This document shows positions 1-12,907 of a stretch of 64,000 nt of DNA, in pieces. Positions within the stretch are counted from its first letter, which is position 1, and every line of letters begins with the position of its first letter. Location: the NCBI RefSeq assembly GCF_964204645.1, contig NW_027437437.1:92001-156000 (forward strand), in the 5' to 3' direction. The stretch comes from Tubulanus polymorphus. Its lineage: Eukaryota; Animalia; Nemertea. Under the pieces are notes generated by a model. It made no database searches, was not told the DNA's origin, and saw nothing but the letters and a program-made list of their open reading frames with translations. The translations under genes were made by a program, and so were the position numbers.

Positions 1-758
1 ACAGATTTTAAGGCGGACGGGAGGGCGAAAATATCACAATGCAGGGTCTTCAGCCTTTCGGAGTAGCTGGAAGCTCTCGTTGAGTATCCTTCATCAGCTC
101 GCGGTAGAGCTTCGGTGATGTAAATCGACGCATTCGTGAACTTTCGCTTGCATAATTCAATGCAAGTGTCAACGCTTTCATGAGCCAGGTCATTGTCGCT
201 GACCTGTAGGTAGACCTTGACAATGTTGTCATTGCACTGGAGTCGTAGGCGCCCTGAATATTTTTCGCGTCCTTTTCTAATGTTTTGATCGATGTGTATT
301 GCCCTGGAAATAGTGCGGCGGGCCGTAAAAAACGCGTATGGGAGTTCCCGACTACGATGATCTCCGCGGATTTCGCAATATTGTTACTCAAATTTGCGTT
401 CACCGGGTTAGGAGCGGCATTGATAGAGGTTGGTGAAGGTTTCGTTTTGGCGACGGTGGTGAACGGTCTCGGATCGGAGAGTGCGTGGTTAGAAGATTTC
501 AGGGATATTATCTCTTCGTTCAGCAAGTCATTAGTCGAATTTGCAATCAACAAGTTGTCTTCGAGGGTCATAACGGTTGACTTAAGTGACTCTAATGATC
601 GGTTGGAGGAAGAAATATCATTTTTGCATTTCTTCAGAGCGGACGTAACATGTGATATTCTGTCCTGACTGGAGCGGAGTTTGCAGGACAGGTCATCTAT
701 CGCTGAGCTTAGTTCGATGACTTTTCTTTTCGTTGATCGGGCAAACACCGCAGGAGGT
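1..758 (-). pseudogene. LINE (CR1/L2-group) ORF1, 3' part: coiled coil plus SGNH/esterase-like domain; runs off the left edge
   Basis: ORF 50..748 has a heptad-rich segment followed by IIVVGNSHTRFL (GDSL/SGNH block I-like). It continues the ORF on the other side of the Maverick TSD. Confidence 0.6.
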
Positions 759-764
759 GGTGTA

Positions 765-1290
765 AGTAATAGGGATAATAGGCTTTCAGATCAAAGGTCG
801 AACGGTCGAGCTCATTAAAAAACAAAACATTAAAAGTAATTTAAAACTATAATATATTTTCATAACCATGTGCATTTTATATTATAACTAAATATTTATT
901 CTAAGATATCAATAATTTAATACAATACACAAATTCATATAATCAAATATATTTTAATAATAATAATTATTCTATTATTCAACTGAAATACACACGGTTA
1001 TGAAAATATATTATAGTTTTAAATTACTTTTAATATTTGTTATTAATGAACTCGACCATTCAACCTTTAACCTGAAAGCCTATTATCCCTATTACTCTTA
1101 AAATAATCATATACATGAATAACATTTAAATTGACAGATTATTCAATATAAAAGTATATATTTACAACATTATTTCAATATTCTTATTTGTGTGAGTTAG
1201 ATTTTTAAACATTAAAAGTGTTAGTAAAGTGTGATTGAAATAATACATGATATAAATCATTGAACTTCTAAAATCAATTTTAATAAAAGA
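765..1290 (+). repeat. Left TIR of Maverick 1; 765-1096 is itself palindromic
   Basis: Reverse complement of about 17640-18216. An inverted copy of the terminal motif sits at 1079-1096. Confidence 0.93.
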
Positions 1291-1302
1291 TTTAGTATTA
1301 AA

Positions 1303-4300
1303 ATGGAAGCAAATAAGTACTACTGCGCAACATGTAATATCAATATAGATAAATCCCAAAAAGCAAGACACAATAAAACTAAAACACATTTAGAGAATAA
1401 ATTGAAACTAGAATATAACTATGATATATTAGAAACTAAATTAGATGAATTAAAGAATGAAAAAAAACATACAAATGTGATACATGTAATCAATCATATA
1501 GTGATAAAAGATATTATAATGAACATTTAAAATCTAAAAGTCATATTAGAAATAAGAATAATGATATTTTAGGTGAAGATTATTTTGATAAAGATAATGA
1601 TAAGAAACAGAAAACAATTAAAAGCATAAAAAATAAATTAAACAATAAAAGACCATACATGGAAGATGTAAGAAATTATATTAATTCATTAGATAATAAA
1701 AAAGATATAGAGATAACGGAAGCATTTAAAAGTGATATTGGTCCAGCAGGAATCGAGTTTAAATTTCATAAAGGAAAAACATTAGAAGAAAATAAAAAAC
1801 ATTTAGAAAATATGAAAGAAATAATAAAAATAATTACTGATGTTGAATATCCTAAAATAAGTATATCTTCTAAAGTTAAATTCATAAAATCCGAAGATAA
1901 ACCAATATATAATATAAATTCTCATTCACAACATATTATTTCAAAACAACATATAGATGATAAATTAGATAAATGTTATAATGAAGTAAAAACTAAAATA
2001 GAAGAGAAATATTTTGAAGGATCTGGTTTTAATATTTGATGAAATAATATTTATGACTTTACATGTTTATAACACAAAATATAATAAGTTAACTAAATCA
2101 AAACCAATAGATGAAAATAATGTATCATATTATAAAGAACCAGATATTGAAGCATCGAGTTATATTAAACTACCATTTAAAACTAATGCTGTAATAAATG
2201 TACAAAATGAAGATGATAAATGTTTTCTATGGGCCATAATATGTTGTTTACATCCTGCAACTTATAATATTTGTAGATTAACTCATTATAAACCATTTGA
2301 AAATAATTATAAGATAGATAAGTATCCTGTTAGAATTAAAAACATCCCAAAAATAGAAAGAGATAATAATATAAAGATAAATGTATTTGATTTAATCAAA
2401 TTACCAAATACAAAAGGTAACAATATAAAACATTATACATTAGAACCTTTATATATATCAAAAGATTATGATTCAAATGATGTTATAGATATACTATATT
2501 ATGAGAATCATTATATGTGGATTAAACAAATAGATTTATTCTTTAGAACAGAAAGTGATCACCATAATAAAATATATCTTTGTAGAAAATGTTTACATAG
2601 ATTCAGTAATGAAAGTACATTATTAAATCATAAACAATTATGTGAAAATCATGATTATTGTAAATTAGTTTTACCAAATGAAAAGGATAAAATATTAGAA
2701 TTCAAAAAATATGATTACAAAAATAAAGTTCCACTTGTTATATATGGAGATTTTGAATCATTAAATAAAGAACTAACTGATCAAGATAGAAAAGAAATAT
2801 ATTATAAGAGAAAGAAATTAAATTCTAATGAAAATGATTATTCTGAAGAACCACCAAAAACAAATACTATTAAAAAGATTCATCAATCAGCTGCTGCTTT
2901 CGGGTTATATATTAAATCTGATTATCCAGAACTAATTGAAAGTGAATATTATGATTATAGAAATGAAAATGTTATCAATCATTTTTGTGACTTATTAATT
3001 GAATATGAAATAAGATTTAGTAAATTATTGAATACAAATATAGAAATTATAATGACAGAAGAAGATAAAGAAGCATTTGCGTTTGCAGGTAAATGTTATT
3101 ATTGTGAAAAGATAATTAATTATAAAGATAAAAAAGTAAGAGACCATGATCATTTGAATGGAAAGTTTAGAGGCGCTGCACATGAGAATTGTAATTTACA
3201 AGCTAAGAAAATTAATTTTGTACCAGTTATATTTCATAATCTATCAGGATATGATGCACATTTATTTATCAAACAGTTATGTCATAAAATAGAAGAAATT
3301 AATAATGAAATAGAAAGATTAAATTCAAATAGATCAAAAGATAAAATACCAACTTATAAATTTAGAATGTTAGCTAAAACATCTGAGAATTATATATCAT
3401 TCCAATTTGGATGTCTAAGATTTATAGATTCATATAATATTTTTAAGTAGTTCATTAGATAACTAATCAAAATCATTAGTTGGTGATGAATTAAAAATAT
3501 TAAAGCAACACTACCCAAATAATGATGATTTTCAATTAATGAGATATAAAGGAGCAATTCCATATTCTTTCTATAAAAATCATAATGATTTCAATATAAC
3601 TGAATTATTGAAAGAACAATTCTATGATGAATTAAAAAATGAATATGTTAAAGATGAAGTCTATAATAGAACATTGAATATTTGGAATCATTTCAAAATA
3701 GAAAATCATGGGCAATTAGTAGATATATATTTAAAATCAGATGTATTATTATTATATATTCGAAAGGTTTAGAGATGTAAACCTAAAATATTTTAATATT
3801 TAATCCTTGTCATTGTTATTCTAGCCCAGGTTTAACATGGGATTGTGGTTTAAAATTTACAGATATAAAAATGGATTTGTTAACAAATATAGATTAATTA
3901 TTATTATTTGAAAAATCTATAAGAGGAGGAGTTTCAGGTGTATTAGGCGATAGATATTTCAATGTAAATGATAACCCTGGATAAAAGTTATTATATATAG
4001 ATGCAAATAATTTGTATGGTTGGGCAATGATGGAACCACAACCTTATGGAGTATTTGAAATAAGTGAAGTTTTACAGAATGAAAATAATGATAAATTTGA
4101 TTGGAAGAAAAGAATTCTAGATATTGCAGATGATTCAGATACTGGTTACTTCTTTGTTGTAGATTTAGAATATCCTGAACATATTAAATTTAAATCTAGA
4201 AATCTAGCATACTGTCCAGAACATAAAACTGTAACTCATGAAGAATTATCAAATTACCAAAAAAGAATTAAACCCGAAAATCATATTCATACAGAAAAGT

Positions 4301-5334
4301 TAATGGTAACTCAAGAAGATAAATATAATTATGTAGTACATTATAGAATGTTGAAGTTTTATTTGAATCAAGGAATGATTCTAAAAAAAGTACATAGATA
4401 TATTTCATTTAGTCAATCTAAGTGGTTAGAAAAATATATAGATTTTAACACCAAACAGAGAACTGAAGCTAAAACTGATTTCGAAAAAGATTTCTTCAAG
4501 TTAATGAACAATGCATTCTATGGTAAGACTTATGAAAATATTAGAAATAGAAATGATATTGAGTTAGTTAGTAATGGCAAAAGGATAAGGCATTTACAAT
4601 CATATCCTAAGTTCATTGGTAACAGAATATTTGATGAAAATTTAGCTGCAGTTAAAATGAGAAGAACTTCTATGAAATTTAATAAACCAATCTATGTTGG
4701 CGCTTCAGTTTTAGAATTATCAAAATTACTAATGTATGAATTCTATTATAATGTATTACAACCACTTTTTGGAGAAAAACATATAGAAATCTTATATTTT
4801 GATACAGATTCTTACATATTAAAGATAAAAACTGATAACATAACTGATGATTTAAAAACATTAAAACATCATTTTGATTTCAGTAACTATCGTAAAGATC
4901 ATGAATTGTTTAGCAATGATAATAAAAAAGTTCCCGGTAAATTCAAAGATGAATTAGGTGGTGAAGAAATGATTGAATTCATTGGTATTAGATCCAAAAT
5001 GTATTCATATAAAACTAAAGAACATGAAGCTAAATAGTTAAAAGGAATAACCAAAAGTGTAGTAGAAAAGAATATTCATTTCAAAGATTACATCAATTGT
5101 ATATTCAATGAAGAAGTTAGAAAACATAAGATGAGATGTTTAAGATCTGAAGATCATGAAATGTTTATTGAAGAAATTGAAAAGATAAGTCTAAACCCAT
5201 TTGATGATAAAAGATATATTCTGGATGATGGAATTCATACAGTTGCTTATGGTTGTAATTTAGATGAATACTTAAAATTTAAAAGAGAAGAAACAAAAGA
5301 GAACGAGATAATGAAAAGAATTCTAACGTGTTAA
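1303..5334 (+). pseudogene. Protein-primed B-family DNA polymerase (pPolB) with N-terminal Zn fingers and an endonuclease VII-like insert; frameshifted
   Basis: Exo I VIYGDFES, Exo II IFHNLSGYDAHLF, pol motifs YIDANNLYGWAM, KLMNNAFYGK, YFDTDS and RSKMYSY; CYYC...RDHDHLNGKFRGAAHENCN. Split over several ORFs. Confidence 0.95.
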
Positions 5335-5363
5335 TCAAATTTTAATAAAAATATGTATTATAA

Positions 5364-5717
5364 ATGGAGAGTAAACAAGCGCACAGTGAGAAAAACAAAT
5401 CATTTCTAGATAGAATAAAAGATACTACAAATGTAAAATCTGTAGATTATAAATTCAAAAAGTTAACAGAATTAACAATTCATAAGAAATATCTAATTAC
5501 AAATATTGATACAGTTACTAATAACTATGGAGATAAATTAGTTATACACTTAGAATATGAAGGATTAAAAGGAAATACATATAAATTCAGAACATATTTA
5601 CCGGATAGATTTCATAGATTATCAAGTGAAGATTTAGAAGAATTATGTTCTGGAGATTTCTATTTCGTATACAAAGGTAAGAATGAAAAAGGGCATCATG
5701 AAATAGATTTCGAATAA
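5364..5717 (+). CDS. Conserved small Maverick protein (117 aa), possibly a beta-rich nucleic-acid-binding fold
   Basis: Intact ORF, also intact in copy 2 (36663-37016). Function is a guess. Confidence 0.75.
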   Translation: MESKQAHSEKNKSFLDRIKDTTNVKSVDYKFKKLTELTIHKKYLITNIDTVTNNYGDKLVIHLEYEGLKGNTYKFRTYLPDRFHRLSSEDLEELCSGDFYFVYKGKNEKGHHEIDFE

Positions 5718-5734
5718 GAAAATATGTAAAATAA

Positions 5735-6493
5735 ATGGTAGAATTAAAAGAATACAGAATATTTGTTGATTCTAGAAGACTTACAAATTATAAATCTCAT
5801 AATTTACCAGTACAATTAGATAGGGAATATAAAAATTGTGTAGATTTAAAATTAGTAAATATAAGTTTATGTAATTCTTTTTATAATATAACGGATAAAA
5901 CTATTGAAGATAATGCTTTTATGATTCATATTAGAAATGTAAATAAATGGTTTCATCTAATTTTAAAACCAGGATTATATAATTGAGAAACATTAGCTCA
6001 AGAAATTAATCGAAGAGCACGGTTGAAAATTAGAAAAGATGATAAATTTTTAATTAGATTTATAAAAAGTGATAGCACAAATAAAATTAAAATAAAGGTA
6101 TATGATGAAAGTCAACATGCATTTATGGTAAAAAAACCATTAGCTAAACTGTTAGAAATTGCACCAGATACTGTTACAGGAAACGTAGATGGTAATTCAA
6201 ATATAATACCTTTTACACACTTTTATATTTATTGCAATTTAATCGAGCCTACAAAAACATTCGAAGCAACTAAAGATACAATTTGTAATTCTAGTATATT
6301 GAATATTTTACCATTAAAAAATGTTAAACAATTTGGAACGCAAATAGATTATAATTTAACAGAATGTGATTTCAAACCATGCATTTCTCAATTTAATAAT
6401 TTTAGATTAGAAATAAGAAATCACAATGGATATTTAATTGATTTGAATAATTTTCCTGTGATATATGAATTAGTTATAAGATGTAGAGAGTAA
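5735..6493 (+). pseudogene. Minor capsid protein (penton, single jelly roll); one in-frame stop
   Basis: IFVDSR...SFYNI, FYIYCNLIEP, SILNILP and LEIRNHNGYLIDLNN are penton-like motifs. TGA at 5984 corresponds to TTA in copy 2. Confidence 0.8.
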
Positions 6494-6510
6494 TGTTTTT
6501 CACTATATAA

Positions 6511-6867
6511 ATGAATATAACTGTTGGACCGAGTATATGTTTTGGGTTTGATTTTAAACGTGAGAAAGAAATGAAATTTAACATTACTGATGTAATTACA
6601 CATATCAAAAATATAACATTTTCTAATGAAACAACATTTGAGTATGAAACAACAATAAATAAAGAAACTTTAAATGTAGAAAAGATTACTAATTTGATTA
6701 GAGAATCTTTAAGATTTTATGAATTAGATGAAGATTTTATCATCGATGATATTAAAAAAATAATAATTGAAATATATACAAATGAAACTAGTAATGAAAT
6801 AAATGTTGAATTAATCATAAATAAGATAACTAAATATTTTGATGATAGTAATTTTTTTGATAAATAA
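6511..6867 (+). CDS. Hypothetical Maverick protein (118 aa)
   Basis: Intact ORF with TAAATG start; homologue at 37824. Confidence 0.7.
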   Translation: MNITVGPSICFGFDFKREKEMKFNITDVITHIKNITFSNETTFEYETTINKETLNVEKITNLIRESLRFYELDEDFIIDDIKKIIIEIYTNETSNEINVELIINKITKYFDDSNFFDK

Positions 6868-7089
6868 ATGAGTGATAATAAGTGGATAATAACTGGATTA
6901 TATAACAGAGCATTACTATCAGTTGGAACTGTTGGTTATTCAATGGTATTAAAAAAAGTATTTAAAATGGGAAGTGTTAATGTTGATAGATTTGATATCA
7001 ATGATATTTTAAAATTAACATTAGCAGTCACTTTATCTAATTTAACTATTGATTATTTGGAAAAACAAAAATATATTCCTCCCATATAG
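6868..7089 (+). CDS. Small hydrophobic (putative membrane) protein, 73 aa
   Basis: Two hydrophobic stretches; differs at only 2 residues from 38180-38401. Confidence 0.75.
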   Translation: MSDNKWIITGLYNRALLSVGTVGYSMVLKKVFKMGSVNVDRFDINDILKLTLAVTLSNLTIDYLEKQKYIPPI

Positions 7090-7113
7090 ATACATAATTA
7101 TTTTACTAAATAA

Positions 7114-7536
7114 ATGGCTTCTGCAGTTATAACTATTATAGGATCGGCAATTGTTAACGCTTTAGCATTTACTGGTGGTGGTTATTTATTCAAGCATATT
7201 GATAAAAATGGATCATTAACAGAACAAAAAAGACATAACTTAGCATTAGAGAAATACAATAAAGCAGCAGAAGAATATAGAGAAAAACGACAAAACTATA
7301 TGGATTATATTAACAAAGAATTATATGATCAGAAGATTTCACATAGAGATTTTCAATCAGTTGATGATGCAATCAGTTTATATAACGCAGTAACCAATAA
7401 AGAAAAATTACATCTACATAAACCTACAATATCAGATTATTATACCCCAAGTAATGAACAGAAGAAATATGAAATAATATGGATTTTAGGTGGAACAGTT
7501 ATTGTTATATTTGTTGCTTATAAGTTTACTAATTAG
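7114..7536 (+). CDS. Putative membrane protein (N- and C-terminal hydrophobic helices, central coiled coil)
   Basis: MASAVITIIGSAIVNALAF...IIWILGGTVIVIFVAY; homologue at about 38426-38849. Confidence 0.75.
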   Translation: MASAVITIIGSAIVNALAFTGGGYLFKHIDKNGSLTEQKRHNLALEKYNKAAEEYREKRQNYMDYINKELYDQKISHRDFQSVDDAISLYNAVTNKEKLHLHKPTISDYYTPSNEQKKYEIIWILGGTVIVIFVAYKFTN

Positions 7537-7555
7537 TAATTTTTTTGCTAAATAA

Positions 7556-7990
7556 ATGGAAGATAAAGTTGATAATATTGATATTATTCCTCATGATATA
7601 AATAAAACTAAATTAAAAACATATTTAGAAAAACAAATATTAGAATTTGAAAGTGATTTAAAAGTTAAAAAGAAAAAATATTTAAAAAGTAAAATTATAT
7701 ATTATCTTATTATCAGTGGTTCGGTTACAATTTGTTCTGTAATAACATTTCTAGCAATATTCAGTCCATTAACACCTTTAGCTATATCAATTGGTGTATT
7801 AGGATTAAGTTCAAGTGTTTTAACTGGTATAAGTTCAAAATTGAATATAAAAAGTAATAAAGAAAAAATTAAAACTAATATAAAAGAAATTAATAAATTA
7901 AAGAATACACTAGATTATATGATAAGTTTAAATGGCCATATAACAGTTGAAGAACAACATAAATTATTAAAAGAATTAATAAATTATTAA
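7556..7990 (+). CDS. Putative two-TM coiled-coil membrane protein
   Basis: Hydrophobic hairpin IIYYLII...LTGIS flanked by Lys-rich coils; homologue at 38876-39310. Confidence 0.75.
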   Translation: MEDKVDNIDIIPHDINKTKLKTYLEKQILEFESDLKVKKKKYLKSKIIYYLIISGSVTICSVITFLAIFSPLTPLAISIGVLGLSSSVLTGISSKLNIKSNKEKIKTNIKEINKLKNTLDYMISLNGHITVEEQHKLLKELINY

Positions 7991-8006
7991 TTTTTGAGTT
8001 ATATAA

Positions 8007-9334
8007 ATGGCTAGATAGTTTTCCAAAAGCTTTCCAATATAATAAATCAATTAAATATAATATTCCAGCAATAGATTTTAATAAAGATATTACATATAGA
8101 AATGAAGTTTTAAATTCATTAATTGATTTATATATTTATGTTACTGAAAGTAATAATTTTCATGTAAAGATGGAAAATATATTTCATGTGTATACAATTA
8201 ATTTTCAAAAATTTAAATGAGGCAAAACAATGGTTATTAAAATCTAATATGAAGTATTGGCAGAACCAATTAAATTTTGCTGTTTATTGCGCAACAACAG
8301 GTTGTGGAATTAGTTGGAATGATCATTTAAACAAACCAAGTTTACCATTGATGTTATCACTTTTTAGATTTCATACATATTTTCAAATAAAATTAATATT
8401 AGATGAATTAGAATGTCCTTTACCAGGTTCAAAATTATTTAAAAATTTGAATAATAATATTAATTTTTCTAAGTTTTATAAAATATGTAATGAATTTAAT
8501 ATTAATTCAAATAAAGATTTTAGAGCAAAAATTGGAACAATGGGTGGATTAGGAATATTATATACTAAAGAATTTGGAAAAATAATGACAAATTCAGATA
8601 TAGGAACACTAAATTGGAATGAATTACCAAAATATTATAATAATATACAACAACAAAACAATAATGGTTGGGTTAATTTCATTTTAGAAAATAGTGAAGG
8701 TTTTACTAAAGCTGGTATACAAAGAATAAATCAATCAATTAGAACTTATTTGATATGTATTTTAGGTGCGCAAGTTGAAACAAGATCCCCAATAATTGGA
8801 AATGATAACACTTCATTCGATGCGCAGAAACAACTCAAAGTATTATTTGAAGATTCAATTCATTATGATAAAAATAGATCGATTCCAGAAAACATTGTAA
8901 GATATCAAAATTATTTAGATAAATCACATATTAGATTAAATTATTGTATAGGCCCTAATCTATTAATTATTTCTAATGATTTAGTATTAAAGATGGGAAA
9001 TATAATTGGTTATAATAATCTAATTAAAACTGCAACAATAAATAATTCATTTGGATTGAATGATACAACTAAAAAGATTATCACTGCTCCAAAATAAATG
9101 GAGGGTGAAAAAAATAAAAAACACATTCAATCAACAGAAACTAAAACTAATAATATTAAATTAAATAATGATTCTAAAATAAAAGATTACAATACATCAG
9201 AAAATATTAGAACTGATATTATTCAACATGATATAATTAAAACTAATGATGATAATAAATCCCATGAAAATGCTAAATTAGCTTTAACTTGTGTAGGAAT
9301 TGTAATCGGAGGAATATTATATTTTAGATTTTAA
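8007..9334 (+). pseudogene. Conserved Maverick protein with C-terminal TM anchor (disrupted)
   Basis: WQNQLNFAVYCATTGCGISW shared with copy 2 (39327 onward). ORFs 8186-9097 and 9098-9334 are in frame across one stop. Ends LALTCVGIVIGGILYFRF. Confidence 0.65.
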
Positions 9335-9344
9335 TTTTTTCATT

Positions 9345-10787
9345 ATGTTAATGGCAGAAGGTGGAGAAGATATTCCAATAGATACTTTTGGTGACGCTCC
9401 CGGCATAAGTGATGAACAACCACCTGATTTTAGTGAAACAAGTTTTAGTAATGATGGTAATGAGCCAGAATATAATTCTAATTTAAATACACCTGAAGTT
9501 GTTCCTGGTTCTAAACCCCAATCAACAAATGAATATATTAAAGGAGCTAGATCGAAAATACGTGCTGAAAATTTAGTGCCAGGTTTAATAAATAAAGAAT
9601 TAAATTATGATGAAATCTGGTTTCAATATAACAGATAAAGGTATGGATATATTAGCAAAAGATTTGAAATATTTAAAGGGTGTTTATTATTGGAAATTGA
9701 AAGGCGACTATCATTTTATTATTTTAAATATTAAAAGTAACGATAAAATAATAGCACAATCAACTTTTAAATTATTAGAACAATCTAGAATTAAGAAAAT
9801 CAATAATGATGTTATAACTGATGTTACAAAAAAGAAAGATCTGTTAATTTAAAAGAATTTAAACAAAGATATGCTAAATTTTTTAAGATCATTAATGAAA
9901 AATTAGAACCAGAAACAATTACTAAAGAAGTTATTAATTCCAAAACTAGTAAACCTAATTCAATAGAAGTTCAAACTGAAAAACTTTTACCGAAGGGATT
10001 ACTTGGTGCAACAGATCAAGAATTAGAAAATTTAAATATATTTTCTGATGAAGCAATTAGAGAGATTATTAGTATAAGAAATGCATCTGATAAAATTGCG
10101 CATGAAAAAAATATAAGAGATTTAAAAATTAGAACTTTAGAAAAAGAATTAACTGATAAAAATGAAGAAATAGAACAATTAGATAGAGATAATAAAGTTA
10201 TTGAAGAAATAGAATATAGGCAAAAAGAATTACGTTTAGAAAAAGAAATTGATGATTTAAAATATAATATAGAATTACAGAAAGAAGAAAGAGATATATT
10301 ATTAAAAGAATATGGTAATAATCTTAAAAGGTTAAAAGATGTTTTTAAAAGATATCTAATAAAACCAAATTCTGAAATATCATTGAAAGATAGAATAAGA
10401 TTATTATTTAAATTAGAAGGAATAACAATTCTCTCAATTCTAACAGCTGTAACTATGGTATTTACAACAATTGGTTTAGCTATATCAAATTCTTTAAAAT
10501 CTACTCCTACTCCCAATAAACCGGATAAACCCCCAGGTAATAATTCTATACAAGATAAAGTTAAAGATGGTTTCAAGAAATCAGCAAAATATTTATGGGA
10601 ACTATCTAAAAAATCTGCTGCAGCTTTACCAGGAATTATTGCATCAATTGTTGGTTTTATATTGAAATCTGCAGGAAACATTCTTAACTTTGCTGCTGAA
10701 CATATTATTTTATTTTTAATTACAGTTGTAAGTGCTATTATTTTTGGGTTAGTAAATATGATATCAAAAAATATCAAGAAAGAATAA
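9345..10787 (+). pseudogene. Long coiled-coil protein with C-terminal hydrophobic/amphipathic helices (disrupted)
   Basis: Acidic N-terminus, E/K-rich coil, then GITILSILTAVTMV and AAALPGIIASIVGFIL. The C-terminus is conserved in copy 2. Confidence 0.65.
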
Positions 10788-10836
10788 TAAAAAATAAACA
10801 TAATCAAAATAAATAATTAATTTTTTTGTTAAATAA

Positions 10837-12016
10837 ATGAGTGGGAGTTATATCAATCCTTCTAAGAATCATAGAATATCTAATGCTATTAAAGCAGAAA
10901 GATCACATCATATAATTACTCATAACCCTTCTAATATTAATCCCGATGAAACTTTATATGTTAGAATTCCTCGATTAACACAAAATACTTTTTATGTTCC
11001 AAATAGTATTTATTTATCAGCTGATATAAAAGTAATCGGTAATAATAATAATTATGTTGTTGATAATGTTGGAAGATATTTGATTAAAAAGTTAACAATA
11101 AAGATTGGTCCAGAAACAGTTTTCTCATTAGATGATTATAATTTATTTATGCATTATAAAGATTTATGGTTAACTAAAGAAAATAGAAATAATATGATAT
11201 TTCAGGGTATTCAATCGGAAAACCATAATAAATTAAGATCAGGAGCTAATGACGCAATAGTAACTCGTGCCACAGATAATTTGATTAAAAAGATTTATGG
11301 AAGCAAATATAAAATCCCATTAGACTTTGAATTGATAAACAATAATGCACCTTTATATAAATACGCAATTCAAGAAGATGTTATATTCGAAATAACATTT
11401 GCTCCTGTAAATGAAATTGTATTATCTAGCGTTGTTAAAGATATGAGTTATAAATTATCAAATATATGTTTAGAATATGATACAGTAACTGATGAAAATA
11501 TTGCTAGCACAATTCAAACTCAATACAATCAAGGATTTTCATTATTATATGATTATATTGATAAATTTAAAACCGTAACTATTAATGCAAATGATGAAAT
11601 TATTAATGAGAATATTAACTTCCCAAGAAGATCTATTAAAGGTATATTAATATTTTTTTACCATTGCAACATATTCTAATGGTGCAATACTGGTTGATAA
11701 GTATTATAATCCTGAAATAACAAAAGTAGAAATAACTATCGAAGGAATAGCAAATAAAATATTTTGTCAAGGAATGAGAATGATAGATCAATGGCCAGAA
11801 ATTAGAAAACATTTTATGAATGAAAAAGTGAAATCATCTGAAAATTGTAATATTAATCAAATTGATTATTATACCGGTATTAAATATGCATTATGGTTAG
11901 ATTTTAGAACAACAGAGGATAATTCATTACATGGTTCTGGAAAAAAACTACAGAACACTTAAGATGGAATACAATTATTCATGACAAAGAAAAAAGGAAG
12001 CCTAAATTTCAAAATG
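10837..12016 (+). pseudogene. Major capsid protein (double jelly roll); frameshift, stop and 3' truncation
   Basis: About 400-codon beta-rich reading (NPSNINPDETLYVRIP, NVGRYLIKKLTI, YKLSNICLEYD, PRRSIKGILIFF). Size and position fit the Maverick MCP. Confidence 0.75.
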
Positions 12017-12573
12017 TAACAAAGGCTAATTGGGCAAAACATTATAAATTAATAACAAAAGGTGGAAATGATTCAGCCCATGCAATATAGGTATTTAAAT
12101 CTTGGTGTGAAAAATGTAAAGAATATGTAATATATGATAAACAATTGAATCATAAATACTCAATTAAACATATTGGTACAGATAATGTAATAGAAAATCC
12201 AACAGTTATAAATCCAAAATTTAATAAAATGAATATATTAGATTATCGGTGGTATAGAAAAACATTTATAGATTATTTCTCGAGTAATGATATAGTTACC
12301 ATATTGAAAAAGTTAGATAACTTTAAACCAAATGTTACTGATGCAATGAACTTATTTGAACTTAAATATGATGATTTTAGAGAATTTTTAAATAAACATC
12401 CATCTAAAACTGAAATCGAAAATTATATTCCAAAAATATTTTCAAGAGAAACATTCAATAAATATAAACTCGGGAATCGTTTAGGAATTATACCAATGAA
12501 AATGCAAAGGAATATACGGTTAGAATATGATAAGCTTAAAGAAAAATATGAAAATGAAAATGAAAAAGATTAA
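12017..12573 (+). pseudogene. Accessory protein with a CxxC..H..H Zn finger; 5' part deleted
   Basis: WCEKCKEYVIYDKQLNHKYSIKH runs into ORF 12145-12573. Confidence 0.45.
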
Positions 12574-12590
12574 TTTCCATTTATATATTG

Positions 12591-12907
12591 ATGGATGAAT
12601 GGATGAGTTGGATGAGTTGGATGAGTGGAAGAGTGGATGAGTGTAATAATATATATATTTTACTTTTTAACACATGAATTGGAAGAATAGTATGAGTATA
12701 AATATAATATTTGTATTCTTTTTTAAATTTAACACAATATATATATATTATTAAAATAATATTTAAATGTAGTATAAAATTGATAAAATAACTTCAAATC
12801 AAACTCTTACTGTTTTAAAAATAAAAAACATATGTAAATTATATATTATTACACTCATCCATTCATCCAATTCATCCAATTCATCCAATTCATCCACTCA
12901 TCCACTC
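12591..12907. repeat. Inverted pair of (TGGATGAGT)n-type arrays at the convergence of the two Maverick gene blocks
   Basis: 12591-12660 ...tggatgagtgtaataatatat is the reverse complement of 12840-12907 atatattattacactcatcca... Confidence 0.85.

Noticed and set aside
10016-10807. 263-aa minus-strand ORF (also 285-668, 33352-33543, 62822-63136 and similar)
   Set aside because: These are antisense shadows of real coding sequence on the other strand, with no motifs of their own.
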